NCBI GenBank assembly: GCA_965209155.1
Contig: OZ242383.1
Location: 3,040,001 to 3,104,000 of the forward strand
Direction: 5' to 3'
Origin: a bacterium
Lineage (GTDB): Bacteria > SAR324 > NAC60-12
Length of the DNA: 64,000 nt
A model generated the notes under the pieces. It was not told the DNA's origin, made no database searches, and saw only the letters and a program-made list of their open reading frames with translations. The first letter of the stretch is position 1. Each line of letters opens with the position of its first letter. Below are positions 8,140-17,163 of this stretch, one piece after another. Both the position numbers and the translations under genes were made by a program.

Positions 8140-9090
8140 ATGTCTGAAAAGAAAAACTTTCACATGTCTCCGGATGCTTTCCGGCACCATGGTAAAGCTG
8201 TCGTCGACTGGATTGCCGATTATTATGAAGCCATTGATTCTTTCCCCGTCTTTTCTCGAGCCCAACCCGGTGATATCCGTTCCGCTCTGCCGGCAGAACC
8301 TCCCTGGCATGGAGAAAAATTTGAGACGATTTTGCAGGATATGGATCGTCTCCTCCCCGGAGTGACACATTGGCAGTCCCCCAATTTTTTTGCTTTTTTT
8401 CCTGCCAATGCTTCCGGACCCTCGATCCTGGGGGATTTGCTTTCATCCGGATTGGTAGTTCAGGGGATGCTCTAGTCAACCAGTCCTGCCTGCACGGAGT
8501 TGGAAACCCATGTGTTGGATTGGCTGGTGGACATGTTGGGCTTACCTGCCAAATTCAAATCGGACTCAACAGGTGGAGGAGTGATTCAGGATACGGCTTC
8601 CAGCGCCTCCCTCTGTGCGCTACTGGCGGCACGTGAGCGTGTAACGGGTTTTGCCAGCAACGAAACAGGATGCGATGGTCGCTTGGTGGCCTATGCCTCC
8701 ACACAAGCCCACTCCTCCGTGGAGAAAGCCGTCAAAATCGCAGGTATTGGAAGGCAAAACCTACGCCTGATTGCAGTGGATGACAATTTTGCCATGCGTC
8801 CTGATGAACTCGCCCGGCAAATCGATGAGGATCGCCAGGCAGGTTTAATTCCATGTTTTGTTTGCGCTACCATGGGGACGACTTCCTCCAATGCCATGGA
8901 TCCCTTTGGGGCGGCGTTTCCGCTCCTTGAAGCTCTGGTTTGTTATTCGCCACTACGGAATCGAAGGATTGCGTTAGCACATCAAACACCACATTGAAAT
9001 GGCACAAGATTTTGCGCAATGGATCGAAGCGTCCGAACATTTCGAGTTGGCGGCGCCCGCCCCCTTGAATCTGGTTTGCTTCCGGCATGC
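8140..9090 (+). pseudogene. Aromatic-L-amino-acid (group II PLP) decarboxylase pseudogene
   Basis: PGVTHWQSPNFFAFFP, GML*STSPACTELE (TAG at 8473-8475), AHSSVEKA, then a frame jump to [14 protein letters not shown]. The PLP-lysine region is deleted and the 3' end truncated. Confidence 0.9.
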
Positions 9091-9131
9091 GCAAGTGGCA
9101 TGGCTCATATTAATGCTTTTCACGCCAGCGA

Positions 9132-10094
9132 CTATTCATAGCGCACCCTCGGGTCCAGATAGGGATAAATCAGGTCGATGAGGAGATTGAGCAGCACTAC
9201 CCCGGTGGCGAAAAACAGGTTGACTCCGGAGACCATCGGGTAGTCCCGGTCATTGAGGGCACTCAGCAAGAGACGACCGAGCCCCGGCAGGTTAAAGATG
9301 TTCTCCATGATCACGGCGCCCCCCACCAGGATCGGTAACTGCAGGCCGATCAGGGTCACCACCGGGATGAGGGCATTCTTGATGGCATGTCGGATCACCA
9401 CGGCCCGCTCCTTGAGCCCCTTGGACCAGGCGGTGCGGACATAGTCCTGCCGGAGTACCTCCAACATCATGGTGCGCATCATCCGCATGGTGGCAGCCGC
9501 CGAGGCCGTTCCCAGAATCAGGCTGGGGATGAGAAACCCCCAGAGATTCCCCAGCGGATCCTCTGTGAAATGAACCCATTCCGTCGGCGGTGCCCAGCCC
9601 CACCAGATGGCCGGGTAGATCATCACCATCACGCCCAGCCAGAAGTTCGGCGTGGCCAGGCCGATAATGGCAACTGAGCGCCCCAGGAAGTCCACGACCG
9701 TATCTTGGCGAATCGCCGAGTAGATGCCCACGGGCAGCGCGATGACGAGTCCGATGAGGATTGCCAGGATACCCAGCTCAAGGGTGACCGGCAGTCTACC
9801 TATTATCTTCTCCTCGACCGACCAGTGGCCCAACAGTGAATTGCCAAGGGTGCCGCGCAGCAAGATACCTCCCATCCAGCGTCCATATTGTACCCAGACA
9901 GGCACGTCCAGTCCCAGCTCATGCTCAAGCGCTTTACGGTCAAGCGACTTACCGACTACTGAGACTTCCATCCTCGCTTGCATGACGTCGATGACATCGC
10001 CGGGGATGAAGCGCACCGAGAGAAAGACCAGGATGCTCAAGATAAACAGGGTGGGGATGATGAGCAATAACCGCCTGATGATATAGGCTCTCAC
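9132..10094 (-). CDS. Peptide/nickel ABC permease (DppB/OppB family), paralog of 2737-3696
   Basis: Same motifs and visibly similar sequence. Confidence 0.95.
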   Translation of the reverse strand: MRAYIIRRLLLIIPTLFILSILVFLSVRFIPGDVIDVMQARMEVSVVGKSLDRKALEHELGLDVPVWVQYGRWMGGILLRGTLGNSLLGHWSVEEKIIGRLPVTLELGILAILIGLVIALPVGIYSAIRQDTVVDFLGRSVAIIGLATPNFWLGVMVMIYPAIWWGWAPPTEWVHFTEDPLGNLWGFLIPSLILGTASAAATMRMMRTMMLEVLRQDYVRTAWSKGLKERAVVIRHAIKNALIPVVTLIGLQLPILVGGAVIMENIFNLPGLGRLLLSALNDRDYPMVSGVNLFFATGVVLLNLLIDLIYPYLDPRVRYE

Positions 10095-10103
10095 GGGAAA
10101 CCC

Positions 10104-11885
10104 CTAATGCCCCATGGCTTCCTTCAGCTCACTATCAATCCAGAGACGGGAGAAAACGGTGATATATCGATTTTCTCCCAACCACACCTCTCCGTTATAG
10201 CCTATGATCCACGGCTGGACCACCGTATACTCTGGGGCGATAGGGCCAAAGAGCGTCCAGAAGTTCTCTATCGCATACTGATTCAGCTCTTTAGTTATGC
10301 TGTTTACTTCCTCCATGGTGGTAGCCGCTTCCTTCTCCTTAAACTTGGCATTATACCACGGGTCGTCGACATTGGAGGAGTCCCATGTTACATCCGTATA
10401 GCGCATCCCCCCTGCCCATCCTAATGGTACGGTTTTCCCGGCCGCTTCCGCATTGATCAATCTAAAATCTGCCGACTTTCTTCTAGCGACAAAGCCAGCA
10501 ATTGGCGGTACATCAATCTCTACATCGACGCCAATCTTTTTCCAGTATGAAGCGAGTAATTGTATATAGTTCAAATCGTAGTTCGCGTTCTGCGTAAAGT
10601 CGGTCTTAAATCTCACGCCGTCCGCGCCACGCGGAAATCCGGCCTCATCAAGCAACGCTTCGGCACCTTCCGGGTCGTAGTCAAAGACCTTCTTGATCAC
10701 TTCGGGCCAATCTTCGAATGGGATGATAGCCTGTGAAATAGACCGGCTCAGCTGCCCCTGAGGTATTATATCGGCATAACCCTTAAAGAAGGCGTTGTTG
10801 ATTTCCTCGAGGTTCAGTGCCATTTGCAGGGCCTTGCGCACCCTGATGTCGTCAAAGGGCTCCGCCTGAACGTTCATGCCAATACTATTCTTCGAATTAA
10901 AGGCAAGCGGCCATATCACGATTTCGGGGTTGGTCTTCCGGAGGCTCTCTACCTGATCGATAGATTTTATTTGACCTCCGCCGATCACACCTAAGTAATC
11001 AAGCTGACCCGTGCGCAGTGTCGCCAGACGTGTCGCCAGTTCCGGCATAACTAGTGCCCTTATCCGCTCAACGTAGGGCAAGCGGTTCTGCGGGTATTTT
11101 TCATCGGTGCCCCAGTAGTCCGGATTCTTGGTCCAGGTAATAGAGCTGCCCTCGGTCCGGTGAGTCAGCATGAAGGGTCCGGTGCCGACCAAGTTCCTCC
11201 AATCCTGCATGTCCCCGTGTTTCTCAATCACTTCGGGGGGGTAGATGAAGCCGGTGAATTCGTTGAAGATAGCAGTCAGAACAGTGAGACTTGGCTCCTG
11301 CAGCTCGAAAACAACCGTATGTTTGTCGGTGGCCGTAACCGATTCCACGCTCACACCTGACAACGCACCATATCCAGCAGCTTCGCTAGGCTCGGTGAAA
11401 CCACTGCCGAGTCCCAAGATACGGTGATAGTTGTACTCGATATCCTGGGCCGTCAAGGCTCTGCCATTCATGGGGGCTTTATTGTGCCAATGCACGCCCT
11501 GGCGGACTTTGACAACAACAGTTAGTGGGTCAGGTTGCGACCAGCTTTCCGCCAGAGCCCCTTTCGTGAATGTTGGAGGAGAGAAAGAATAGAAGTCAAA
11601 TTTGTCCCTGGGCGTTGCCCAGTCCGCCATGCCCAGCTTCTCGACGACGGGATCGATTAGACCTTCTGACGATGAGCCTATGGCCAGGATGTCAGCACTC
11701 GTCGCTGTCACTCCCTTGGCAAAAGTTATTGTCCCGCCATACTCCGGAGCGGTCACCACCTTACCTGTGCTGGGGTCCGTTACATACTTCTGGGCGGCAG
11801 CCGGGCTGACCCAGAAAGCGGCCACCATCAGGGTGAGGGTGAGCAGAATTACACTGAAGGTTGATTTGCTATTTTGATGATCCAT
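10104..11885 (-). CDS. Family 5 ABC substrate-binding protein (alternative upstream start 11987)
   Basis: MDHQNSK...signal peptide, LAESWSQPD, GTGPF, same C-terminus as the first SBP. Confidence 0.9.
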   Translation of the reverse strand: MDHQNSKSTFSVILLTLTLMVAAFWVSPAAAQKYVTDPSTGKVVTAPEYGGTITFAKGVTATSADILAIGSSSEGLIDPVVEKLGMADWATPRDKFDFYSFSPPTFTKGALAESWSQPDPLTVVVKVRQGVHWHNKAPMNGRALTAQDIEYNYHRILGLGSGFTEPSEAAGYGALSGVSVESVTATDKHTVVFELQEPSLTVLTAIFNEFTGFIYPPEVIEKHGDMQDWRNLVGTGPFMLTHRTEGSSITWTKNPDYWGTDEKYPQNRLPYVERIRALVMPELATRLATLRTGQLDYLGVIGGGQIKSIDQVESLRKTNPEIVIWPLAFNSKNSIGMNVQAEPFDDIRVRKALQMALNLEEINNAFFKGYADIIPQGQLSRSISQAIIPFEDWPEVIKKVFDYDPEGAEALLDEAGFPRGADGVRFKTDFTQNANYDLNYIQLLASYWKKIGVDVEIDVPPIAGFVARRKSADFRLINAEAAGKTVPLGWAGGMRYTDVTWDSSNVDDPWYNAKFKEKEAATTMEEVNSITKELNQYAIENFWTLFGPIAPEYTVVQPWIIGYNGEVWLGENRYITVFSRLWIDSELKEAMGH

Positions 11886-12142
11886 CTTTTCCCTTTCAAT
11901 TGCATGTTCAGAATTAAGGTTTGCTTGAAAACCTGCTTTCGTTCCCGAAAACCCGTTCTCGACGATGCTTCTGATTATTATTTTCATTTTTACCTCTAAT
12001 ATAAAAAGTTAAAAAAGCAATATTCACCATGAATATTACCCTATCAAAAAAACCGATTCACTGGCGCCAGGATTGGGCCATGAACCCTGAGCTTTCAATT
12101 CTCTCGAGGCATTTCCATTGGCTGAAATGAACTGAGGTGCGA

Positions 12143-12467
12143 CTCAAGGATCTCTCCCTGAAGTCGAGATGAGATAAGGGGGACAGCCCAATGAACTGGG
12201 AACTTGGGATTTAGAACGTGGGAACTGGGCGCCGGGTGATTGAATGATACTCTCATATTAACCTTATTGTCAAGAATTTTTATATTTGACGGGTTAATTT
12301 CAGACTTTCATGTCATCCTGATTGATAGCTGTCAGCGAAAAACCATTTCGCGACAGCGACTCTTTAAGGAAAATAGTTTATATCCAGAAAAAAATCAACA
12401 TATTTTTTAAGACAGATCCGATTTAGTCATTTAAGGCAAATTTTTCTCATATCCAGAAATAGTATAA
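12143..12467. repeat. Duplicated upstream region, copy 2
   Basis: Aligns with 6383-6723. Confidence 0.9.
12244..12273 (-). promoter_or_regulatory. Sigma70-type promoter TTGACA-18-TATCAT
   Basis: Paralog of the promoter at 6499-6527 with a 1-bp longer spacer. Confidence 0.65.
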
Positions 12468-12642
12468 GTTGTGCTTGACTTCCCAGTACCCACTTACCAT
12501 AAACGTTCGGCTTACAAAATAGAGCACTAGTATAAAAAATGACCTTCATGAGAAAATTATTTTACCTTTGACAATAAGTCTGATTCTGGAATAGATGTTA
12601 ATTCAGAATCTCGATAGTGAACCATTTATAGTGGGAGCAATA

Positions 12643-12876
12643 ATGATTGATAGGATAAACATTGATGCAAGTATTCATTTTGGCAAGCCTTGCATTGCAG
12701 GGACAAGAATTCCAGTACAAAATGTTCTGGAATTACTGAAAGAAGAAGTATCTTTCCATGAAATTATAAAAGATTATTACCCCGATCTTAAGCCTGAAGA
12801 TATCCATGCCTGTTTGGAGTATGCAATTGCGCTTGTGGCCTCTGAAGACATTGACTTGACGCCGGAACCAGCATGA
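12643..12876 (+). CDS. DUF433 domain protein (antitoxin-like)
   Basis: IHFGKPCIAGTRIPV...YPDLKPEDIHACLEYA; GGAG RBS. Confidence 0.9.
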   Translation: MIDRINIDASIHFGKPCIAGTRIPVQNVLELLKEEVSFHEIIKDYYPDLKPEDIHACLEYAIALVASEDIDLTPEPA

Positions 12877-12947
12877 AATTTTTACTCGACCAAGATGTTT
12901 ACGTAAGCACCTTGCGTTTGCTCCGCACAGAGCGGTTCACTGCTTGA
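12873..12947 (+). pseudogene. DUF5615 PIN-like toxin, 24-codon stub
   Basis: MKFLLDQDVY overlaps the DUF433 stop (ATGA) and is then truncated. Confidence 0.65.
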
Positions 12948-13214
12948 AGCGCTCCTTGATCCATAACGGTCATCTCCTAAAGGGCGACTCGTCCGAAAAT
13001 GCTCTCGAAATTTTTTAAATCAGGGGACTCCTCCTTAAATAGGGGAATGCCTGGAAGGAGTACTCTCACCAACCTGGCCATCTGACTTCCAATTCCTGAA
13101 GCGAAAATTCAATGATCAATCATTGTTCACAACCTTAATCAAATTCAGAAATCTATTGCAAATGATTGGTAACTGTCCCCGAATTTTCGGAATCCGTAAT
13201 CCCGGCAAAACAAT

Positions 13215-13415
13215 TCAATCTCGTGTCGTATAAAGTTTATTCACTTTTTTCTCCAGTGCGTCCAAGCGACTTTCCAGCTCTTCCAGGTATTTCAGAAGGG
13301 CGAGGGAAATGTTTAGCTCCCGGGCTCTGTCTTCACTTTTTTGCAATGCTTTTTCCTGAACGGCCGCTTCCATCTTTTTTTGAAGATCCAGTAAATTTCC
13401 GGATTCGTTCATCAT
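13215..13415 (-). CDS. Small coiled-coil hypothetical protein
   Basis: GAGG RBS directly downstream of the methyltransferase; heptad-like composition. Confidence 0.6.
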   Translation of the reverse strand: MMNESGNLLDLQKKMEAAVQEKALQKSEDRARELNISLALLKYLEELESRLDALEKKVNKLYTTRD

Positions 13416-13424
13416 TTCCTCCTC

Positions 13425-14510
13425 TCAGGGTCTCACCTCATAATACAGATTGGCCGGGTCGTCAAAATCATGTTCTTTGAATTGGGTGAAACCGGCCTCA
13501 TGGGTCATTTTGCGGGCCACGTGCGGATTGAAACCCAACGTCCCCAATCCCATACCACCGGGTTCTGACATCGCAGAAGACAGACACGACGCGATAGAAA
13601 AACCATACATCATGGCCAATACCGGGTTTCTCGTATTTTCTTCAAAATCGGGGTCACTCCGGATGTCTTTGATCAGCCAGGTTCCTTCCGGCTTGAGGGC
13701 TTTGTAAATTGCGGCAATGACTCGGTCCGGTCGTGTCATATCGTGGATACAATCCAGGGTAATTAAAAAGTCGAAAGTGGGTTCACCAGGTAGATCTTCA
13801 CCCCGTGCTACGTGAAATTTTACGTTCCCAACCCCTGCTTTTGCGGCTCTCTCCTGCGCCTGTTCGATGGCAAAAGAAGAGGAATCGTAACCATGAAATT
13901 CCGATTGTGGGAAGGCCTCGGCCAGCGCAGTCAATGCCACTCCCGCACCACAACCGACGTCCGCAGCAGCGCCCCCTCGTTTCAACTTGGATACCACCCC
14001 CTCCAGGGCTGGTAAAATGGTTGGAACGAGTGCCAGTCTGGACCAAGGTCCCAGCGTACGCGCAATTTGATGCGCGGCGGCAGGACCGAGATCCTGGTAA
14101 GTCAATCCGATTCCCGTGCGAAAGGCGTCCGCCAGACTTTTTACGATATCCGGATGCATCGGTTCCCCAAAAGCGCCTGTTGCGAACCACAAGCTGCTTT
14201 CCTCGTTGACCAGGACTTCTCTTCCGATTGCAGTCAATTCAAAACGATTCCCGGATTCGTGCGCCAGCAAGCCTGCTGCCGCTTGGTTGCGCAACCACTC
14301 CAGGAGCCAGCGTTCGTGCAAACCCGTCTTCTCTGCAAGTGCCTTCGCAGTCGTCATTCCGGCTCCATCCAAGGCTTGATACAATCCAAGGCGATCCCCC
14401 AAGTGGATCATTAAAGAAACCATTTCCCCTTCCTTGTACTTCCAGACTTTTAAGGAAAACTCCTCCAATTCTTCCTGGTCCAGTACCTTTTTTTTGATTT
14501 TTTCCGTCAT
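13425..14510 (-). CDS. Class I SAM-dependent methyltransferase with N-terminal wHTH (Rv2258c-like)
   Basis: GDRLGLY...LHERWLLEWL, DVGCGAG, DCIHDM. Confidence 0.9.
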   Translation of the reverse strand: MTEKIKKKVLDQEELEEFSLKVWKYKEGEMVSLMIHLGDRLGLYQALDGAGMTTAKALAEKTGLHERWLLEWLRNQAAAGLLAHESGNRFELTAIGREVLVNEESSLWFATGAFGEPMHPDIVKSLADAFRTGIGLTYQDLGPAAAHQIARTLGPWSRLALVPTILPALEGVVSKLKRGGAAADVGCGAGVALTALAEAFPQSEFHGYDSSSFAIEQAQERAAKAGVGNVKFHVARGEDLPGEPTFDFLITLDCIHDMTRPDRVIAAIYKALKPEGTWLIKDIRSDPDFEENTRNPVLAMMYGFSIASCLSSAMSEPGGMGLGTLGFNPHVARKMTHEAGFTQFKEHDFDDPANLYYEVRP

Positions 14511-14613
14511 TTATTTTGCTCCGTGGAGTTCATCGGATTCTGAAGATACTCCCTAAGGTCTTTTTAGCCAGTCTTCTTTAAAAAGACGATGCCGCCGCAC
14601 TGGCAAAGCAACT

Positions 14614-15213
14614 TCACTTTCTTTGCCTGCTTTGAAAAACCATGGCGCTGTTACCTGAAACCACTTGCCAGGCGCCTTCCCGGATTTCCTGTTCCAACTG
14701 GCCCGGCCACCAACCGGCATACCCCAGGTAAACTCGAAATTGCTCCCCGGAATTGCTGAATCGGGAAACCATTTCGAAGAGTCTGCGACTGCCTCCGAAA
14801 TAGATGTTTTCCAGAACGTGAATTGTTTCATCGGGAGGGGAGGGCGTTTGGATCAAAAGAAATGCCTGGCTCCTGGCCACGGGTCCCCCAATATACAAAC
14901 GATTTTCCTCAGGGATCCCTTTAAATTCCGCTCCCAATGCTGAAAGTTCGATGTTCGTTGGTCGATTGACGATCAGCCCCATACTGCCGGATGCGCTGTG
15001 ATCCGTCAGCAAAATGATGGTTTCTCCGAAATAAGTGCCTTGCAATTGCGGATTGGCAATCAGGAACTTTCCTTTTGCCAATTCCTCCCGAAGCGGACGC
15101 TTGGAGAGGGCTGCCAATTGGGCCGGGGAGTTGAACAAGAGATTCTGTTCTGCCCATTCTGCTGAAACCCAACACAGCAAAATCAGGCAGGCGAATATCG
15201 AAATATTTTTCAT
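14614..15213 (-). CDS. YqgE/AlgH family protein with N-terminal signal-like peptide
   Basis: GSMGLIVNRP, YIGGPV, YLGYAGWWPGQLEQEI. Confidence 0.85.
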   Translation of the reverse strand: MKNISIFACLILLCWVSAEWAEQNLLFNSPAQLAALSKRPLREELAKGKFLIANPQLQGTYFGETIILLTDHSASGSMGLIVNRPTNIELSALGAEFKGIPEENRLYIGGPVARSQAFLLIQTPSPPDETIHVLENIYFGGSRRLFEMVSRFSNSGEQFRVYLGYAGWWPGQLEQEIREGAWQVVSGNSAMVFQSRQRK

Positions 15214-15432
15214 ACCATCTCCACGCTGAATTCTCATAAAACCCATGCGAATGACGATTATTCGACAATGCGACTTGAAAAGTCCAGCGAAATTTCTTGA
15301 ATATGCCAATTTATTGTAAGTGTGCTGGTGCGCATGAATTGACTTTATACGAGCTGTCGATATATTTAAGTCTCGACCCCGAAGGAAAAAGTAGCATAAT
15401 AATCAAATTCGACCCATCACGATTCGAGATTC

Positions 15433-17109
15433 ATGAGTAAACGAACAGGGGGACATATCCTGGCGGATCAACTCAAAATTCAGGGAGTGAAACGTGTTTT
15501 CTGTTTGCCTGGTGAGAGTTTTTTAGAGTTGTTGGACGGGCTTTATGAACACAGGGACACCATCCAGGTTATCACCGCCCGGCATGAGGGAGGCGCGGCC
15601 AATATGGCTGAGGCGTCTGCCAAACTGACGGGTGATCCGGGAGTGTGTCTGGTGACCCGCGGACCAGGCGCCACTAATGCATCCATTGGAATTCATACGG
15701 CATTTCAAGATTCCACTCCCCTGATTCTTCTCATAGGCCAGGTAGGGCGTTCGATGGTGGACCGGGAAGCCTTTCAAGAAATCGATTTCCGTCGTATGTT
15801 CGGAGAGATGGCAAAATGGGTTGCGCAAATCGAAATGGCCTCCCGCATTCCGGAATACGTCGGCCGGGCGTTTCACGTCGCCCTTTCCGGAAGACCGGGT
15901 CCCGTGGTGCTGGCCTTGCCGGAAGACATGCTTCGTGAAGAGGCCGACGTGGAGGACGGCAATCCGGCGCATCGCATCCAAGCGGCTCCTTCTCCCCGGG
16001 CCATGGAAGCATTCCGCAGGCACCTGGAAAGCGCTGAATCTCCTTTACTGATTGTCGGAGGCGCCACCTGGACCGCAGAGGCGATTGCCCGTATTACCGA
16101 ATTCGTGGAAGCGAACCGGCTACCGGTTGCAGCATCTTTTCGAGCCCAGGATTGCTTCGACAACCGGCATCCCCAATATATCGGGGACGTCGGCATCGCC
16201 ATCAATCCGTACCTGGAAAATCGTTTCAAAAGCAGTGATTTGCTGATTGCCGCCGGACCCAGGCTCGGGGAAATGACGACTTCCGGTTACACGCTGCTCG
16301 ACGTTCCCAATCCCACCCAGAAGTTGGTCCATATTCACCCCGGAGCCGGAGAATTGGGCAGTGTTTTTTATCCCACCCTGGCCATCAACTCCTCCATGCC
16401 GGAATTTGCTGCCGCCCTCAGTTTGCTGCCCCCTGTGGATAGCAGTCGATGGCAGGCAAACCTGGTCGATGCGCGTGAATCCTACTTGAAACATATCGTG
16501 CCCACTCCGGTTCCGGGAGCCCTCAATTTTGGTGAAATCGTCACACATTTGAGTGAAGTGTTGCCTGAAGAAAGCATCATCACCAATGGCGCGGGAAATT
16601 ATACGGTGTGGGTGCATCGTTTTTTTCAGCACAAACGTTTCCGCACGCAAATTGCTCCCAGCAACGGCGCCATGGGATATTCGGTACCTGCTGCCATCGG
16701 TGCGAAACTGTCTGCGCCGGAACGATGCGTGGTCAGTTTTAACGGTGATGGATGTTTCCAGATTTTCGGCCAGGAGCTGGGAACTGCCATGCAATACGGG
16801 GTGGCCGTGATTTTTATCGTCGTCAACAACGGAATGCTGGGCACCATCCGCATGCACCAGGAACGTCACCATCCGGCACGCGTGATGGCCACCGATTTGA
16901 AAAACCCTGATTTTGTCGCGCTCGCTCGAGCTTATGGCGCGTTTGGGGAACGGGTGTCCCGAACCGAAGCCTTTCCACCAGCATTTGATAGGGCCAGGGC
17001 CAGTGGCAAACCGGCTCTCCTGGAATTGATCGTCGACCCGGAAGCGCTCACTCCAAAACAATCTCTCAGTGCCATACGAAAGGCTTCGCAAACGAAAATG
17101 AGTGATTGA
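15433..17109 (+). CDS. Thiamine pyrophosphate-binding protein (acetolactate synthase large-subunit-like)
   Basis: RHEGGA, TRGPGATN, GDGCF...VNN TPP motif. Confidence 0.92.
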   Translation: MSKRTGGHILADQLKIQGVKRVFCLPGESFLELLDGLYEHRDTIQVITARHEGGAANMAEASAKLTGDPGVCLVTRGPGATNASIGIHTAFQDSTPLILLIGQVGRSMVDREAFQEIDFRRMFGEMAKWVAQIEMASRIPEYVGRAFHVALSGRPGPVVLALPEDMLREEADVEDGNPAHRIQAAPSPRAMEAFRRHLESAESPLLIVGGATWTAEAIARITEFVEANRLPVAASFRAQDCFDNRHPQYIGDVGIAINPYLENRFKSSDLLIAAGPRLGEMTTSGYTLLDVPNPTQKLVHIHPGAGELGSVFYPTLAINSSMPEFAAALSLLPPVDSSRWQANLVDARESYLKHIVPTPVPGALNFGEIVTHLSEVLPEESIITNGAGNYTVWVHRFFQHKRFRTQIAPSNGAMGYSVPAAIGAKLSAPERCVVSFNGDGCFQIFGQELGTAMQYGVAVIFIVVNNGMLGTIRMHQERHHPARVMATDLKNPDFVALARAYGAFGERVSRTEAFPPAFDRARASGKPALLELIVDPEALTPKQSLSAIRKASQTKMSD

Positions 17110-17163
17110 GCGATTCCCTCTTGCCCAGTATCGTTGCAAAAACATGCGTTATCCGGAGTTGAC

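Noticed and set aside
12950..13090. Possible riboswitch and gene start (MDQGALQAVNR) on the minus strand
   Set aside because: No known aptamer consensus was recognised and the stub is too short to assign.
16120..17145. Long antisense ORFs (also 4135-4938, 27609-28436, 33111-34115, 34452-35450)
   Set aside because: They are shadows of well-supported genes on the opposite strand and have no motifs.
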